Notes: generated by a model not told the origin, from the sequence alone. Counted from the first letter of the stretch, positions 26,935 through 36,533 are shown. The stretch is 64,000 nucleotides of DNA from an uncultured Erysipelotrichaceae bacterium (GCA_902764545.1 CACWWC010000005.1:192-64191); one strand, 5' to 3'. Numbers and translations are program-made.

Positions 26935-28491
26935 CTATGATATAGAATAAATATAATTATTATTCCTTACTATAAAATGCAATTTAATATTCTCACCCAA
27001 TGAAACATCCTCAGGAACAATAATATAAACGACTTTTCCAAAATAATTTTTTTTCATAACAGATAACTCATCAATTACCTGCATCCTACCACTACTATCC
27101 TTATATTCAATTTTACCATACTTAGATAAAAAGTCAATCATGTTTTTAGCTTCCCAGCTATCAGACGCAAACTCCAAAGAAAAGATTAAACTACCTTCAC
27201 CAGCCTGATAAAAATTACTTTTTAATTCACAACTAACACTGCCACAATCATTAGAATTATACTCAATAGATTTTGTAAACTGGTAAGAATCAAAGCTTAT
27301 ACTCTCCTTCTTATTATTCAAATTCAAATCAATATAATCTCCCAAATTATAACTGGCAGAATTCTTTATTTTACTTAAATCTGTAATTTTAAGTTTAATC
27401 TTACGAAGTTTATTTAAATTATTCTTTTCCTGATAAAACAAAACAAACCTATTAGAATTAATCTTTTTATCCACCTTATATATAATGATAAAATTTAAGT
27501 TTTCTCCTGATTTAATAGACTTAACCTTACTATATGATTTACCTAAATCAGAAAATTCTGAAGAATAAGTGGTTTCAGTAGTAATATAATCGTAGTTAGC
27601 TGCTTTAATATGTAAATTGCTTGTATCAAACTTTCTAGATGTATCAGCTAAATTTTCAACACTCAAATTTAAAATAAGAAAATTACTTTTATTAGAAATT
27701 ACTTTACCATTATAATCCTTATCCGTAATATAAGTATCCTGAACTTTTATTACAAAACCATTATAATTATAAAGTTCCCCCTCCTTATAAACCTTATTTA
27801 TTACAAAGAAAGTATTATATAAGTTATATCCAAGTATTAGAATAATTATTACAAAAAGTAATCTAGTCATACCTTTATGTTCTAAATAAAAATATCTAAT
27901 ATTTCTGATTGCTCTGCGCCAAACACGCTTAAAAGTATTTATATCAATATCAAAATTTATTTCAATTTCTTCTCTGTCTTCATCACTTAACTCTAAAAAC
28001 TCTTTATCAGAATTAAAATTAAATTTACCAATATCTAATGCAAAAGTTCTCATAAAAAATATTGCTATTGCAGGAAGTTGCAATACAACAAATATTACAA
28101 GTAAATCTCTAGAAAAACGTAAATCAGTTGTTTCAACATCAATAGTATAAGTTTTAAAAAAACTCTTTATCATATTTAAAATTAAAAATAAAGATACATA
28201 TACTATCAGCGGAATCAAATAAGTCTTCCAAGGCTTATTTTTATATTTTAGAAGAATAACTAAGACAAAACTACCAAAACTAAGTAAAACAACTGAAATT
28301 AGCATAAATAAACTAATATGATTTGAAATTGGGTCAGCATAAAGATCATATGCACCTAATTTCATAAAATCGTTGACAAAAAGATTAACATCTATAATTT
28401 TGTATGCAACAAAAAGACTTAATAAAAGTAAAACAATATGAATTTTTTTAAAATTTTTAATTAAAAATGCAAATGGTTTTCTAATAATCAT
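26935..28491 (-). CDS. Polytopic membrane protein with an extracellular beta-sandwich-like C-terminal half; first gene of the array
   Basis: About 6 TM helices in the first 230 aa, then a beta-rich region (DUF4352-like pattern NFLILNLSVENLAD..KFD). An AGGGAGAG RBS lies upstream. Confidence 0.6.
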   Translation of the reverse strand: MIIRKPFAFLIKNFKKIHIVLLLLSLFVAYKIIDVNLFVNDFMKLGAYDLYADPISNHISLFMLISVVLLSFGSFVLVILLKYKNKPWKTYLIPLIVYVSLFLILNMIKSFFKTYTIDVETTDLRFSRDLLVIFVVLQLPAIAIFFMRTFALDIGKFNFNSDKEFLELSDEDREEIEINFDIDINTFKRVWRRAIRNIRYFYLEHKGMTRLLFVIIILILGYNLYNTFFVINKVYKEGELYNYNGFVIKVQDTYITDKDYNGKVISNKSNFLILNLSVENLADTSRKFDTSNLHIKAANYDYITTETTYSSEFSDLGKSYSKVKSIKSGENLNFIIIYKVDKKINSNRFVLFYQEKNNLNKLRKIKLKITDLSKIKNSASYNLGDYIDLNLNNKKESISFDSYQFTKSIEYNSNDCGSVSCELKSNFYQAGEGSLIFSLEFASDSWEAKNMIDFLSKYGKIEYKDSSGRMQVIDELSVMKKNYFGKVVYIIVPEDVSLGENIKLHFIVRNNNYIYSIS

Positions 28492-28525
28492 ATCACTATA
28501 CTCTCCCTATTATTCACTATAAATA

Positions 28526-28554
28526 AGTATAACTCATTTAAAATACTTTTTAAA
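28526..28554 (-). promoter_or_regulatory. Candidate promoter of the T4SS/Tad array
   Basis: Minus strand reads TTTAAA-17 nt-TATACT, about 30 nt upstream of the ATG at 28491 and just downstream of the serpin terminator. The -35 is weak. Confidence 0.25.
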
Positions 28555-28568
28555 GTTTTTTCATAATA

Positions 28569-28596
28569 AAAACTCATAAAATTAATTATGAGTTTT
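28569..28596 (-). terminator. Hairpin terminator after the serpin gene
   Basis: AAAACTCATAA-N6-TTATGAGTTTT, an 11-bp stem ending in a U-run, lying 9 nt after the serpin stop. Confidence 0.5.
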
Positions 28597-28604
28597 AAAT
28601 TATA

Positions 28605-30293
28605 TTATTCAGTTACAGGATCATATACTGTACCAGTAAACCACACTTCACCAGTAGCTTTATCTCTAATAATATACATATAAGGTTTATCAAAAGTTAA
28701 ATCAATTTCTTCAATAGGTACTTCATATTCATGATCAAAATCAATAAAACATCCCGCAGCTCCACTTCCACCAAATGCAGTTGCTGCTGCAGCCTTTATT
28801 CCATCATTAGAAAATTCTATATTTGCTTTATGTACTGCTTTATCTATATATTGTTTCTCACCAGTTATCATATTAGATAAATCAGATTTATTTATATCAA
28901 AAATATTATTAATACCCATTTTTTTCAAATCTTTTAATAACGGTAAACTATATTCATATTTAAAGAATGGTATATTTCCATGTATTTTTGTAACGACTCC
29001 ATCTTTAAAATTCTCAAAACTTATATTTTTTAATCCATTAATCAATTCATTTATATTTTTAGAATCGATATTTTTAACATATTCATCTAATTCAACTTTT
29101 TTAGGCATTATACCAACATATTGTAATGTAATACCATCATATTCCTTCAAATCCTTAGCAAATACTTTAACATCATCACTTTCAGTTAAATAGAAATCTG
29201 TTGATTGATCAACGCTTTTATAATTCGCTCCTAATGTCTTAATGTAATTATCCATCCAGGATTCATATGTTTCGCCACACATTTCTCCGCCTTTATCAAT
29301 ATAAGCCTGTAATTCAGCACCAACGGTTTTTCTAATATTATCTTCTCCTAATTCTTTGATAATATCATATTTATTTATACTTGCTCCAATTACTGCTGCA
29401 TCAACATCTTTTCCATTAAATTTAACTTTTTCAAAATTATCATAAATTTCTCTAACAGAATCTGTATATTTTTCATGTTGATACTTTACAAAGTAAGGCA
29501 TACAAGGTATTGTTCTTCCTTCTTTACATTGAAGTTGATTATTCCAATTCATATCAATCGCTAAAGCATTTATTAAAAAGAAATTACTGTCTGAAACATC
29601 ATCAATTAAATTATTAATAAGTTTAAATGTTTTATCACTAACCCAGTTATTAATATTATCTGGACTAGAAAATTCATCTAAAATAACCTCAGCATTATAT
29701 TTATCTTTTAAATTTTTAGTATATTCTTCCCTAACTTGATCTTTAAAAGTATTTCTAATAAACATTGCATTTGCAAAAGACATATGATCGCTATTTGGAT
29801 ATGCTTTAGGTTTATAATCTCCAATTAAATTAGTAATTTGTTCTTTTGTATCACCACTTGCTCCTTCTTGTAACATTGCAAGTGCATACTTTATAGACAA
29901 TGGACTATATATTTTATTCTTTGCTTCATTTTCAAGTTGTAAAAATCTTAAATCAAAATCCTCTAATCCATTACCAGATAACCTATATTGGGATTTCTTA
30001 ACTGATGATTTTACAGTAGTACTCTTCTCCTCCACAAAGTATCTAGTATAAACCATATATCCACATACTCCAACAATAGCTAATACAAGTACTACTATTA
30101 TAGCTATAAGAATAGGTTTCTTATTGCCCTTCTTTTTATTATTATCTCCTTGTTTATTATCTACTGAATTATTATTTAAATCACCAGTAGCCTCAACAAC
30201 ATTTTCCTTTGCTACACTACCATTAGTAACTCCATTTGAATTTTCATCCAAAACTTCTTCATTTTCTTCATCTGATTTTAACCCATCATTCAT
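28605..30293 (-). CDS. Membrane-anchored serpin (serine protease inhibitor family)
   Basis: N-terminal low-complexity region plus a TM helix. Serpin motifs SPLSIKYALAMLQEGA and NNWVSDKT. Hinge GIKAAAATAF. C-terminal FDKPYMYIIRD. Confidence 0.85.
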   Translation of the reverse strand: MNDGLKSDEENEEVLDENSNGVTNGSVAKENVVEATGDLNNNSVDNKQGDNNKKKGNKKPILIAIIVVLVLAIVGVCGYMVYTRYFVEEKSTTVKSSVKKSQYRLSGNGLEDFDLRFLQLENEAKNKIYSPLSIKYALAMLQEGASGDTKEQITNLIGDYKPKAYPNSDHMSFANAMFIRNTFKDQVREEYTKNLKDKYNAEVILDEFSSPDNINNWVSDKTFKLINNLIDDVSDSNFFLINALAIDMNWNNQLQCKEGRTIPCMPYFVKYQHEKYTDSVREIYDNFEKVKFNGKDVDAAVIGASINKYDIIKELGEDNIRKTVGAELQAYIDKGGEMCGETYESWMDNYIKTLGANYKSVDQSTDFYLTESDDVKVFAKDLKEYDGITLQYVGIMPKKVELDEYVKNIDSKNINELINGLKNISFENFKDGVVTKIHGNIPFFKYEYSLPLLKDLKKMGINNIFDINKSDLSNMITGEKQYIDKAVHKANIEFSNDGIKAAAATAFGGSGAAGCFIDFDHEYEVPIEEIDLTFDKPYMYIIRDKATGEVWFTGTVYDPVTE

Positions 30294-30344
30294 AAACTAG
30301 CCTCCTATTCTAAATATTATATATCAATTATAATTTGTAAAATT

Positions 30345-30373
30345 AAAAAAAGCAATAAAAAAAGATGACTTCA
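30345..30373 (-). terminator. Intrinsic terminator after greA
   Basis: Minus-strand hairpin AAGATGA-N7-TCATCTT followed by a T-run. Confidence 0.5.
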
Positions 30374-30388
30374 TATCATCTTTACACA

Positions 30389-30868
30389 TTATTTTATATC
30401 AATTATTTCAACCTCATAACTACCATTAGGACTATCTACTGTCACAATGTCACCAACCTTATGATTAAATAAAGCTTGAGCAATTGGACTTTCATTTGAA
30501 ATCTTACTTTCAAACGGATCAGCCTCTTGACTACCAACAATTTTATACTCATCCTCTTCATCATCATCAACATATTTAATTGCAACGGTATTTCCAATAC
30601 TAACCTTATCAGTAGATACCTCTGTAATAATAGAAACGTGTTCAAGCATTTTTTCTAATTGTTTAATTCTACCTTCAATTTGAGCCTGTTCATTTCTTGC
30701 AGCATCATACTCTGCATTTTCTGATAAATCGCCTAAACTTCTAGCTTCCTTTATAGCCTGAATATTCTCAGGACGTTTTATATTAATCAAATCATCTAAT
30801 TCCTTTTTTAATTCACTTAAACCTTCTTCAGTTAAATATACAGTGTTTTTATCTGTCATTTCAATCAC
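30389..30868 (-). CDS. greA: Transcription elongation factor GreA
   Basis: LTEEGLSELKKEL, GDLSENAEYDAARNEQ, and a C-terminal FKBP-like domain SPIAQALFNHKVGD. Confidence 0.95.
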   Translation of the reverse strand: MIEMTDKNTVYLTEEGLSELKKELDDLINIKRPENIQAIKEARSLGDLSENAEYDAARNEQAQIEGRIKQLEKMLEHVSIITEVSTDKVSIGNTVAIKYVDDDEEDEYKIVGSQEADPFESKISNESPIAQALFNHKVGDIVTVDSPNGSYEVEIIDIK

Positions 30869-30962
30869 CTCATTAACATTTTAAAATTAATTCACTGAGT
30901 TTCTAACTCAACTTGCCATAGTATATCACATTTATAGAAAAATAGCAATATCTAGGCAAAAT

Positions 30963-32099
30963 CTATTTTTTTATCTCTCTCAAAAACATCTCATCAGTCA
31001 TGCCTGCAATAAAGTCAATAACTTTTCTTTTATTACATGTATCTTTCATGTATTTATCAGACTGAGAATTCAAAAATATTTTAAAAATAATACTGTCACC
31101 ATTATTATTTTCAACATCATCTAAATATCTATCAAATATTTTATTCATACCATCTCTATAATATTCCAGCTGCTTCTTAGACAAACTATAATTGTAAATA
31201 TTTTCATAATTAAATTTTTTTAAATCAAATAATGCTTTATACACATCATCACTCATTTTAATATAAGGTTTATTTAAACTGTTTTTAATAATATCTAAAA
31301 TAATTGTATTAACAATCTCTTTATTAGTACAACCCAAAACATCAACTATATTAGATGGTAAGTCCTCCCTTTTTATCTTTCCAATCATTATAGCATCTTC
31401 AATATCTCTACCAATATAACCAATAATATCACTTATACGTACAACGCATCCCTCTAAAGTCATAGGACGATTAGTATTTGCCTTTTTTAAATCTTTATAA
31501 GCCTCATAATATTCTCTCAAAAACTCATCCTTATCCTTTTTAATAGGCATATACGTTGAATCAAGCATTTCTCCATTATGACACATAATACCATCAAGAA
31601 CTTGAATACTCAAATTAAGTCCCTTACCATCATTTTCAACAAAACAAAAATGTCTTACCCCTTGTATATTATGTGCAAAGTACTCATTTAGTTCTCTTAG
31701 AGATATCTCATTTAAAATAGCCTCACCAGCATGTCCTAACGGAGTATGACCAATATCATGTCCTAAAGCAATTGCTTCAATTAAATCTTCATTTAGATTT
31801 AACGCTCTACCTATAGTCCTTGCAATTTTACTAACTAATTGAACATGAGTTATACGTCTACTAATATGATCATTTCCACTTTTAGTAAAAACCTGAGTTT
31901 TATCCAAATATCTTGTATAACTTAAAGAATGAATAATTCTATCAATATCATGAAAAAAAGGCGGTCTAATATCTTCATCTTCAAAAACTAATCTCACAGC
32001 ATCAGAACTAGGACATGCATAAGGACTAATATTTTTTTCTTTATTTAAAAAGTTACTCATAGCCTGTTTAAAAACATCCATATAATTACCTACTTTCAT
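30963..32099 (-). CDS. HD-domain dNTP triphosphohydrolase-like protein (dGTPase family)
   Basis: HDIGHTPLGHAGE and THVQLVS motifs. About 370 aa. Confidence 0.8.
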   Translation of the reverse strand: MKVGNYMDVFKQAMSNFLNKEKNISPYACPSSDAVRLVFEDEDIRPPFFHDIDRIIHSLSYTRYLDKTQVFTKSGNDHISRRITHVQLVSKIARTIGRALNLNEDLIEAIALGHDIGHTPLGHAGEAILNEISLRELNEYFAHNIQGVRHFCFVENDGKGLNLSIQVLDGIMCHNGEMLDSTYMPIKKDKDEFLREYYEAYKDLKKANTNRPMTLEGCVVRISDIIGYIGRDIEDAIMIGKIKREDLPSNIVDVLGCTNKEIVNTIILDIIKNSLNKPYIKMSDDVYKALFDLKKFNYENIYNYSLSKKQLEYYRDGMNKIFDRYLDDVENNNGDSIIFKIFLNSQSDKYMKDTCNKRKVIDFIAGMTDEMFLREIKK

Positions 32100-33285
32100 T
32101 ATTTTTTTTAATTAATCTTAACATAGAATATTCACAAATACTAACATTAGTATCTAATTTTATAAAATAAATACTATCAGGATGTCTCGCAACATCAATA
32201 GAAACCATATCTTCATTAAATAATTCCTCACATACAAATTCAACATGATCTCCAAAAGGAGTAAATAATTCAATCAAATCTCCTACTTCAAAATAATTTC
32301 TCTCATAAAACTTAATAAGTTTATTATCCCTATCATAAGAAATAACCTGTCCCAAATAATCCTGATTAGATACTTCGCTTCTACCTGTATAATACTGATC
32401 TTTATAATCAGCTTTTTTCGTAAAGAAATGTGTTGAAGTTTCTCTATTAGCAACCCTATCTAATCTAGATTGATAAACCTTCATTTTATCATTAGTCAAT
32501 GAATGACTATAATAATCATCAATTATATTTCTATATGTACCAATAACAGTTGCTAAATAATATAAAGACCTCATCCTTCCTTCAACCTTTAAGCTCCTAA
32601 CTCCCATTTCAATTAAATCACGAATATATAGAGCCATATTCATGTCCTTAGTGGCAAAGGTAAAATCCTTTTTATTACCATATTCAAATGAAAATCTACA
32701 TACTTGACTACATCCACCACGATTAGCATCACGACCAGTTACATAATTGGATAAAGCACATCGCCCAGAAAAACACGTACACATCGCACCATGAATAAAA
32801 ACTTCAATATCAGTATCTACCTTATTAATAATTTCACCTATTTCATCCCTAGATAGTTCACGAGCCAAAACCACCCTATCAATACCTTGTTTTTCAAAAA
32901 ACTGAATAGATTTATAATTTGTAGTTGAATTCTGTGTAGAAAGATGCACCTCACAATTAGTATACTTTTTCTTTATATATGAAATCAAAAAAGGATCACT
33001 CACTATAAATGCATCTATACCACAATCAACAACATCATCAATATATTGAAATACTCCACTCATATCCTCATTATGAAATACTATATTTAATGTTAAATGA
33101 ACTTTTTTCCCTAATTTATGAGCAAAAAGACATCCCTCTCTTATCTCATCAAGACTAAAATTATTAGCATTGGCTCTTAAACTATATTTTTCTCCACCTA
33201 TATATACCGCATCCGCACCATATAATAACGTAACTTTTAATCTTTCCAAATCTCCTGCAGGAGATAACAATTCAATCTTTCTCAT
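32086..33285 (-). CDS. yrrO: Peptidase U32 family protein (YrrO/TrhP-like)
   Basis: N-terminal ELLSPAGDLERLKV..YGADAVYIGG signature. Synteny with the B. subtilis yrrMNO operon. Confidence 0.85.
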   Translation of the reverse strand: MRKIELLSPAGDLERLKVTLLYGADAVYIGGEKYSLRANANNFSLDEIREGCLFAHKLGKKVHLTLNIVFHNEDMSGVFQYIDDVVDCGIDAFIVSDPFLISYIKKKYTNCEVHLSTQNSTTNYKSIQFFEKQGIDRVVLARELSRDEIGEIINKVDTDIEVFIHGAMCTCFSGRCALSNYVTGRDANRGGCSQVCRFSFEYGNKKDFTFATKDMNMALYIRDLIEMGVRSLKVEGRMRSLYYLATVIGTYRNIIDDYYSHSLTNDKMKVYQSRLDRVANRETSTHFFTKKADYKDQYYTGRSEVSNQDYLGQVISYDRDNKLIKFYERNYFEVGDLIELFTPFGDHVEFVCEELFNEDMVSIDVARHPDSIYFIKLDTNVSICEYSMLRLIKKNNESR

Positions 33286-33286
33286 A

Positions 33287-34132
33287 TTATTTCACCTTAT
33301 AAATAGTTCTCTTAAAAAAGAAATTAGTACTATCTCCCATCTTTTTATACTTAGTAACATAATTTTTTGAAGAACACCCACTAGAAATATACTTCATAGT
33401 ATCAACAACCAATGAATCAAAATTAGGAATACCATATTCTCTAAAAATAATAAATTGACATCCCATTTCATATAAATTCTTAATAACTGACGTTCCATTA
33501 GTAATACTATCTAAATAAAAACAAGTACCATTATCATCTTCTATAATATCGTAAAAAGAATCAGTCACTTTTTCCTTAACTTTAATATTATTAATTGGTT
33601 CTTCATTTATATCATTAAAATAATTAGTAAGTAACTTTCTATAACTAAAAGCAACACTAGGTTTAGAAACAACTTCAACCATAGAAATAATTTTACTCTT
33701 TTGAATAATTTCTGAAACCTCATCTAATGTAATTTCCTTACCAAGCAAAGCATATTTAACACCCATATCATAATAATAATCACAAGTTTTATAATTATTC
33801 ACCATATGAGTTTGACTCCATATTAAATCAACATTTAACTTTAGCTCAGACTTTAATTGTAAAATAGCTAAATCATAAAAAAATATCCCATCAATATTAA
33901 TGTTATCAAGTTTTATTAAAATATCTTTAACTTCATCAATATCAGAATTAAATAAATTTTTATTTATTTTTACAAATACTTTAATCTTATTATTATTTTT
34001 TATATTAATAATTTCATCCAAACTAAAAAAACAGACAGACTCAACAGAGTAATCAATTAATGGTAAAATAATTCCATCAACAGAATTAAGACAAGATAAA
34101 GATTTGTTCTCAAATTCAACAAGTAATTGCAC
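33287..34132 (-). CDS. yrrN: Peptidase U32 family protein, divergent (YrrN-like); start moved to GTG
   Basis: Its position is upstream of the yrrO homologue. GGAGGTGA lies 8 nt before the GTG at 34132. The track ORF (to 34201) adds an implausible hydrophobic extension. Confidence 0.65.
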   Translation of the reverse strand: MQLLVEFENKSLSCLNSVDGIILPLIDYSVESVCFFSLDEIINIKNNNKIKVFVKINKNLFNSDIDEVKDILIKLDNINIDGIFFYDLAILQLKSELKLNVDLIWSQTHMVNNYKTCDYYYDMGVKYALLGKEITLDEVSEIIQKSKIISMVEVVSKPSVAFSYRKLLTNYFNDINEEPINNIKVKEKVTDSFYDIIEDDNGTCFYLDSITNGTSVIKNLYEMGCQFIIFREYGIPNFDSLVVDTMKYISSGCSSKNYVTKYKKMGDSTNFFFKRTIYKVK

Positions 34133-34219
34133 ACAAATCACCTCCAAAATATTATATAAAATAATTAAAAAAAAATAAAGTTGTAAGAACAAAAGAAACA
34201 TACCAATAAACTGATATGT

Positions 34220-34918
34220 TTACTCTGTTATTTGAATTAAAAAGTCACTAGGTGAAAAATAATCTTCATCCTTAAATGATGAATATATCTTAAAAGGCCT
34301 AATCACATACAAATTTCCCTTTTTAATATAATAATGAATATCCTCCATATAATCTTCATCTTTTATTCCCCTTAATCCTAAAAAACATGAATAATCACAT
34401 TCATTAAAATAGTGATTTTCTTCATTAAGTTCATTAAAAAACTCTTTAAATCTAGCCTCTACAATAGGAGATACATTTTCACTAGTTATATTATAAAAAG
34501 ATAACATGTCTTCATCAGATAATAAACTAGATTTATTCATATCAATATTAAAAACATCATAACTGATTATTGGAAGATAATCATCATCAGCATAATAATC
34601 TATATATTGAATAGCTAGAGACAAAACTTTTCCATTTATTTCAAAATCATAAGTAATAGTATTATTACCCTTTAAAAAATCATTAGCTTTATCAACAATA
34701 GTATTATTAATAGTATCTATTGTAGTTCCTTTTAGATTCAAGTGAGGAACATTCGTTTTGTCTTTTGTATATATTGGATAAACAATATTCTTACCTTTTT
34801 CATATTTATACTTATTAAAAATATCATCCTTAGTAAAACCATAAACTAATATTAGAATAATTGCTAAAACTAGTGCTATTACTAAAAATATCAAATTACG
34901 ATTATTTAATCTTTTCAT
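34220..34918 (-). CDS. Membrane-anchored protein of unknown function
   Basis: 232 aa with a single N-terminal TM helix. It is inserted between the yrrM and yrrN homologues. Confidence 0.5.
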   Translation of the reverse strand: MKRLNNRNLIFLVIALVLAIILILVYGFTKDDIFNKYKYEKGKNIVYPIYTKDKTNVPHLNLKGTTIDTINNTIVDKANDFLKGNNTITYDFEINGKVLSLAIQYIDYYADDDYLPIISYDVFNIDMNKSSLLSDEDMLSFYNITSENVSPIVEARFKEFFNELNEENHYFNECDYSCFLGLRGIKDEDYMEDIHYYIKKGNLYVIRPFKIYSSFKDEDYFSPSDFLIQITE

Positions 34919-34949
34919 AAATCCTCCAAAAAATTTTTAATTAAAGTAA

Positions 34950-35906
34950 TTAACTTGTAGGATATTTTGGTGTAGCATAACCGTGTATTTCACAAGTACG
35001 CTTTCTAGTCTTTCTCGAAACACAAGCATTTCCTCCACACTTTGACGCATCTTCACCTTCACCAGATGTATTTCCTTCAACAGTATATATATTATCAGAA
35101 TCAGATGATAATACTATTCCAACATGATCTCTAGAACCATCACAATTCCAATCAAAAATAACTAAATCACCAGGTTTAGGATTATAACTAGAACTACCAT
35201 AATGAATTTCAGCACCTAAATTAGCAAATGGCTCAGGAAAAAAGCATGCGGTAAAACTAGGAATAATAGTATTAACATACCCAGCCTGAGCGGCACACCA
35301 AGTTACGAACGCAGCACACCAAGGATCACTACTACTTAGTCCACTGTAATTTGTATAAGGTAGGTGTCCCCCATTTCCTTCATTATTACCAACTTGAGAA
35401 AGGGCAACATTTATCATCTTCTGTGCACCTACACCAGCAGTATTTGCAGAACCACTTGTACCGCTTTCCTTTTCAACACCCTTTTCATAATCATCCGCAT
35501 TTCCAATTATTTTAGAATAATTTTTATTGGAAGATAAAGAAACATACTGCACTTTAGTTGCTTTTGATATTTCTCTAGCAGTCTGCGCAGCTTCCCAACA
35601 TGATGAAAGTGAAAAATCCTCAGGAAAAACACCTATAGAAATATCAAATATCATTGGTATAAAAAATACAACAGTAGCAGCAATTATTTTATTAATTATT
35701 CTTTTTGTATTCTTTTTATCGTCAGGATTAATTACCATTCTGATAAGCTGATAAGTAGCGGCACATAACAAAACTATAGGTACAATCATTTGAATCAAAT
35801 TAATAATTCTTCTAGCCAAATCTAAAGTACTGGCTAATGCAAAATCACTACAACAAGAACCAACATCACTACAACTTAATAATTGTAAATATCTCATAAA
35901 TATCAC
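34950..35906 (-). CDS. CHAP-domain amidase/peptidase fused to an N-terminal VirB2-like two-TM hairpin
   Basis: CHAP motifs WCAAFVTWCAAQAGY, DHVGIV and VEGNT. The N-terminal hairpin (IVPIVLL..NPDDKKNTKRIINKIIAATVVFFIP..SSCWEAA) is paralogous to 14363..14713 and 13812..14282. Confidence 0.75.
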   Translation of the reverse strand: MIFMRYLQLLSCSDVGSCCSDFALASTLDLARRIINLIQMIVPIVLLCAATYQLIRMVINPDDKKNTKRIINKIIAATVVFFIPMIFDISIGVFPEDFSLSSCWEAAQTAREISKATKVQYVSLSSNKNYSKIIGNADDYEKGVEKESGTSGSANTAGVGAQKMINVALSQVGNNEGNGGHLPYTNYSGLSSSDPWCAAFVTWCAAQAGYVNTIIPSFTACFFPEPFANLGAEIHYGSSSYNPKPGDLVIFDWNCDGSRDHVGIVLSSDSDNIYTVEGNTSGEGEDASKCGGNACVSRKTRKRTCEIHGYATPKYPTS

Positions 35907-36533
35907 CTACGCCTCATTAAACCTACTAATAGCAAGTCCATCTCCAACATCTAAAAACTCAGTTGAAAAATCAGAATTATTATTTAAAAAATCTTTATAT
36001 AATTTTACCTTTTTAACAAGTTGTCTTAAATTTCTACTTTTAATATCTTTCTCATCTTTAAAAACTAGTCCGTGAAAATTCATATTATCTGTAATAATTG
36101 TACCACCTTTTTTTAAATTATACTGAAATTTTTCAAAAAAATTAATATTTTGAGCTTTTGCCGCATCAATAAAAATTAAATCAAACTTTTCTTTCAAATT
36201 AACATTAAATGCATCATTATATATCAATTTAATTCTATCTTCTAATCCAACTTTTTTTAAATTACTAATAGCTTCTAAATATCTTTTTTCATCTCTTTCT
36301 ATAGTAGTAACAAATATATCATCAGAAACATCACACATCATAATTGCAGAATACCCAACTGCCGTACCAATCTCTAAAATGTTCTTAATATTATGATCTC
36401 TAATATATTTCTTTAAGAATTTTATTCCATCATCCATCATAATTGGAATATTATTATCTAAAGCATTTTCCTTAATTTGATTAATAATATTATAATCTAA
36501 CATATAAATACCTTCTTCTTCTAAAAAATCCAA
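35907..36533 (-). CDS. yrrM: SAM-dependent O-methyltransferase (YrrM/TrmR family)
   Basis: ILEIGTAVGYSAIMM and DLIFIDAAK motifs. Synteny next to mltG. Confidence 0.85.
   Translation of the reverse strand: MDFLEEEGIYMLDYNIINQIKENALDNNIPIMMDDGIKFLKKYIRDHNIKNILEIGTAVGYSAIMMCDVSDDIFVTTIERDEKRYLEAISNLKKVGLEDRIKLIYNDAFNVNLKEKFDLIFIDAAKAQNINFFEKFQYNLKKGGTIITDNMNFHGLVFKDEKDIKSRNLRQLVKKVKLYKDFLNNNSDFSTEFLDVGDGLAISRFNEA

Noticed and set aside
2087-28491. Interpreting the array as a classical integrative conjugative element or a prophage.
   Set aside because: The window contains no integrase or recombinase, relaxase, replication or partition gene, phage structural gene, tRNA target or flanking direct repeats. 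The flanks are core genes (rmuC, greA). An ICE with distant ends cannot be excluded from one window, so this is left open rather than asserted.
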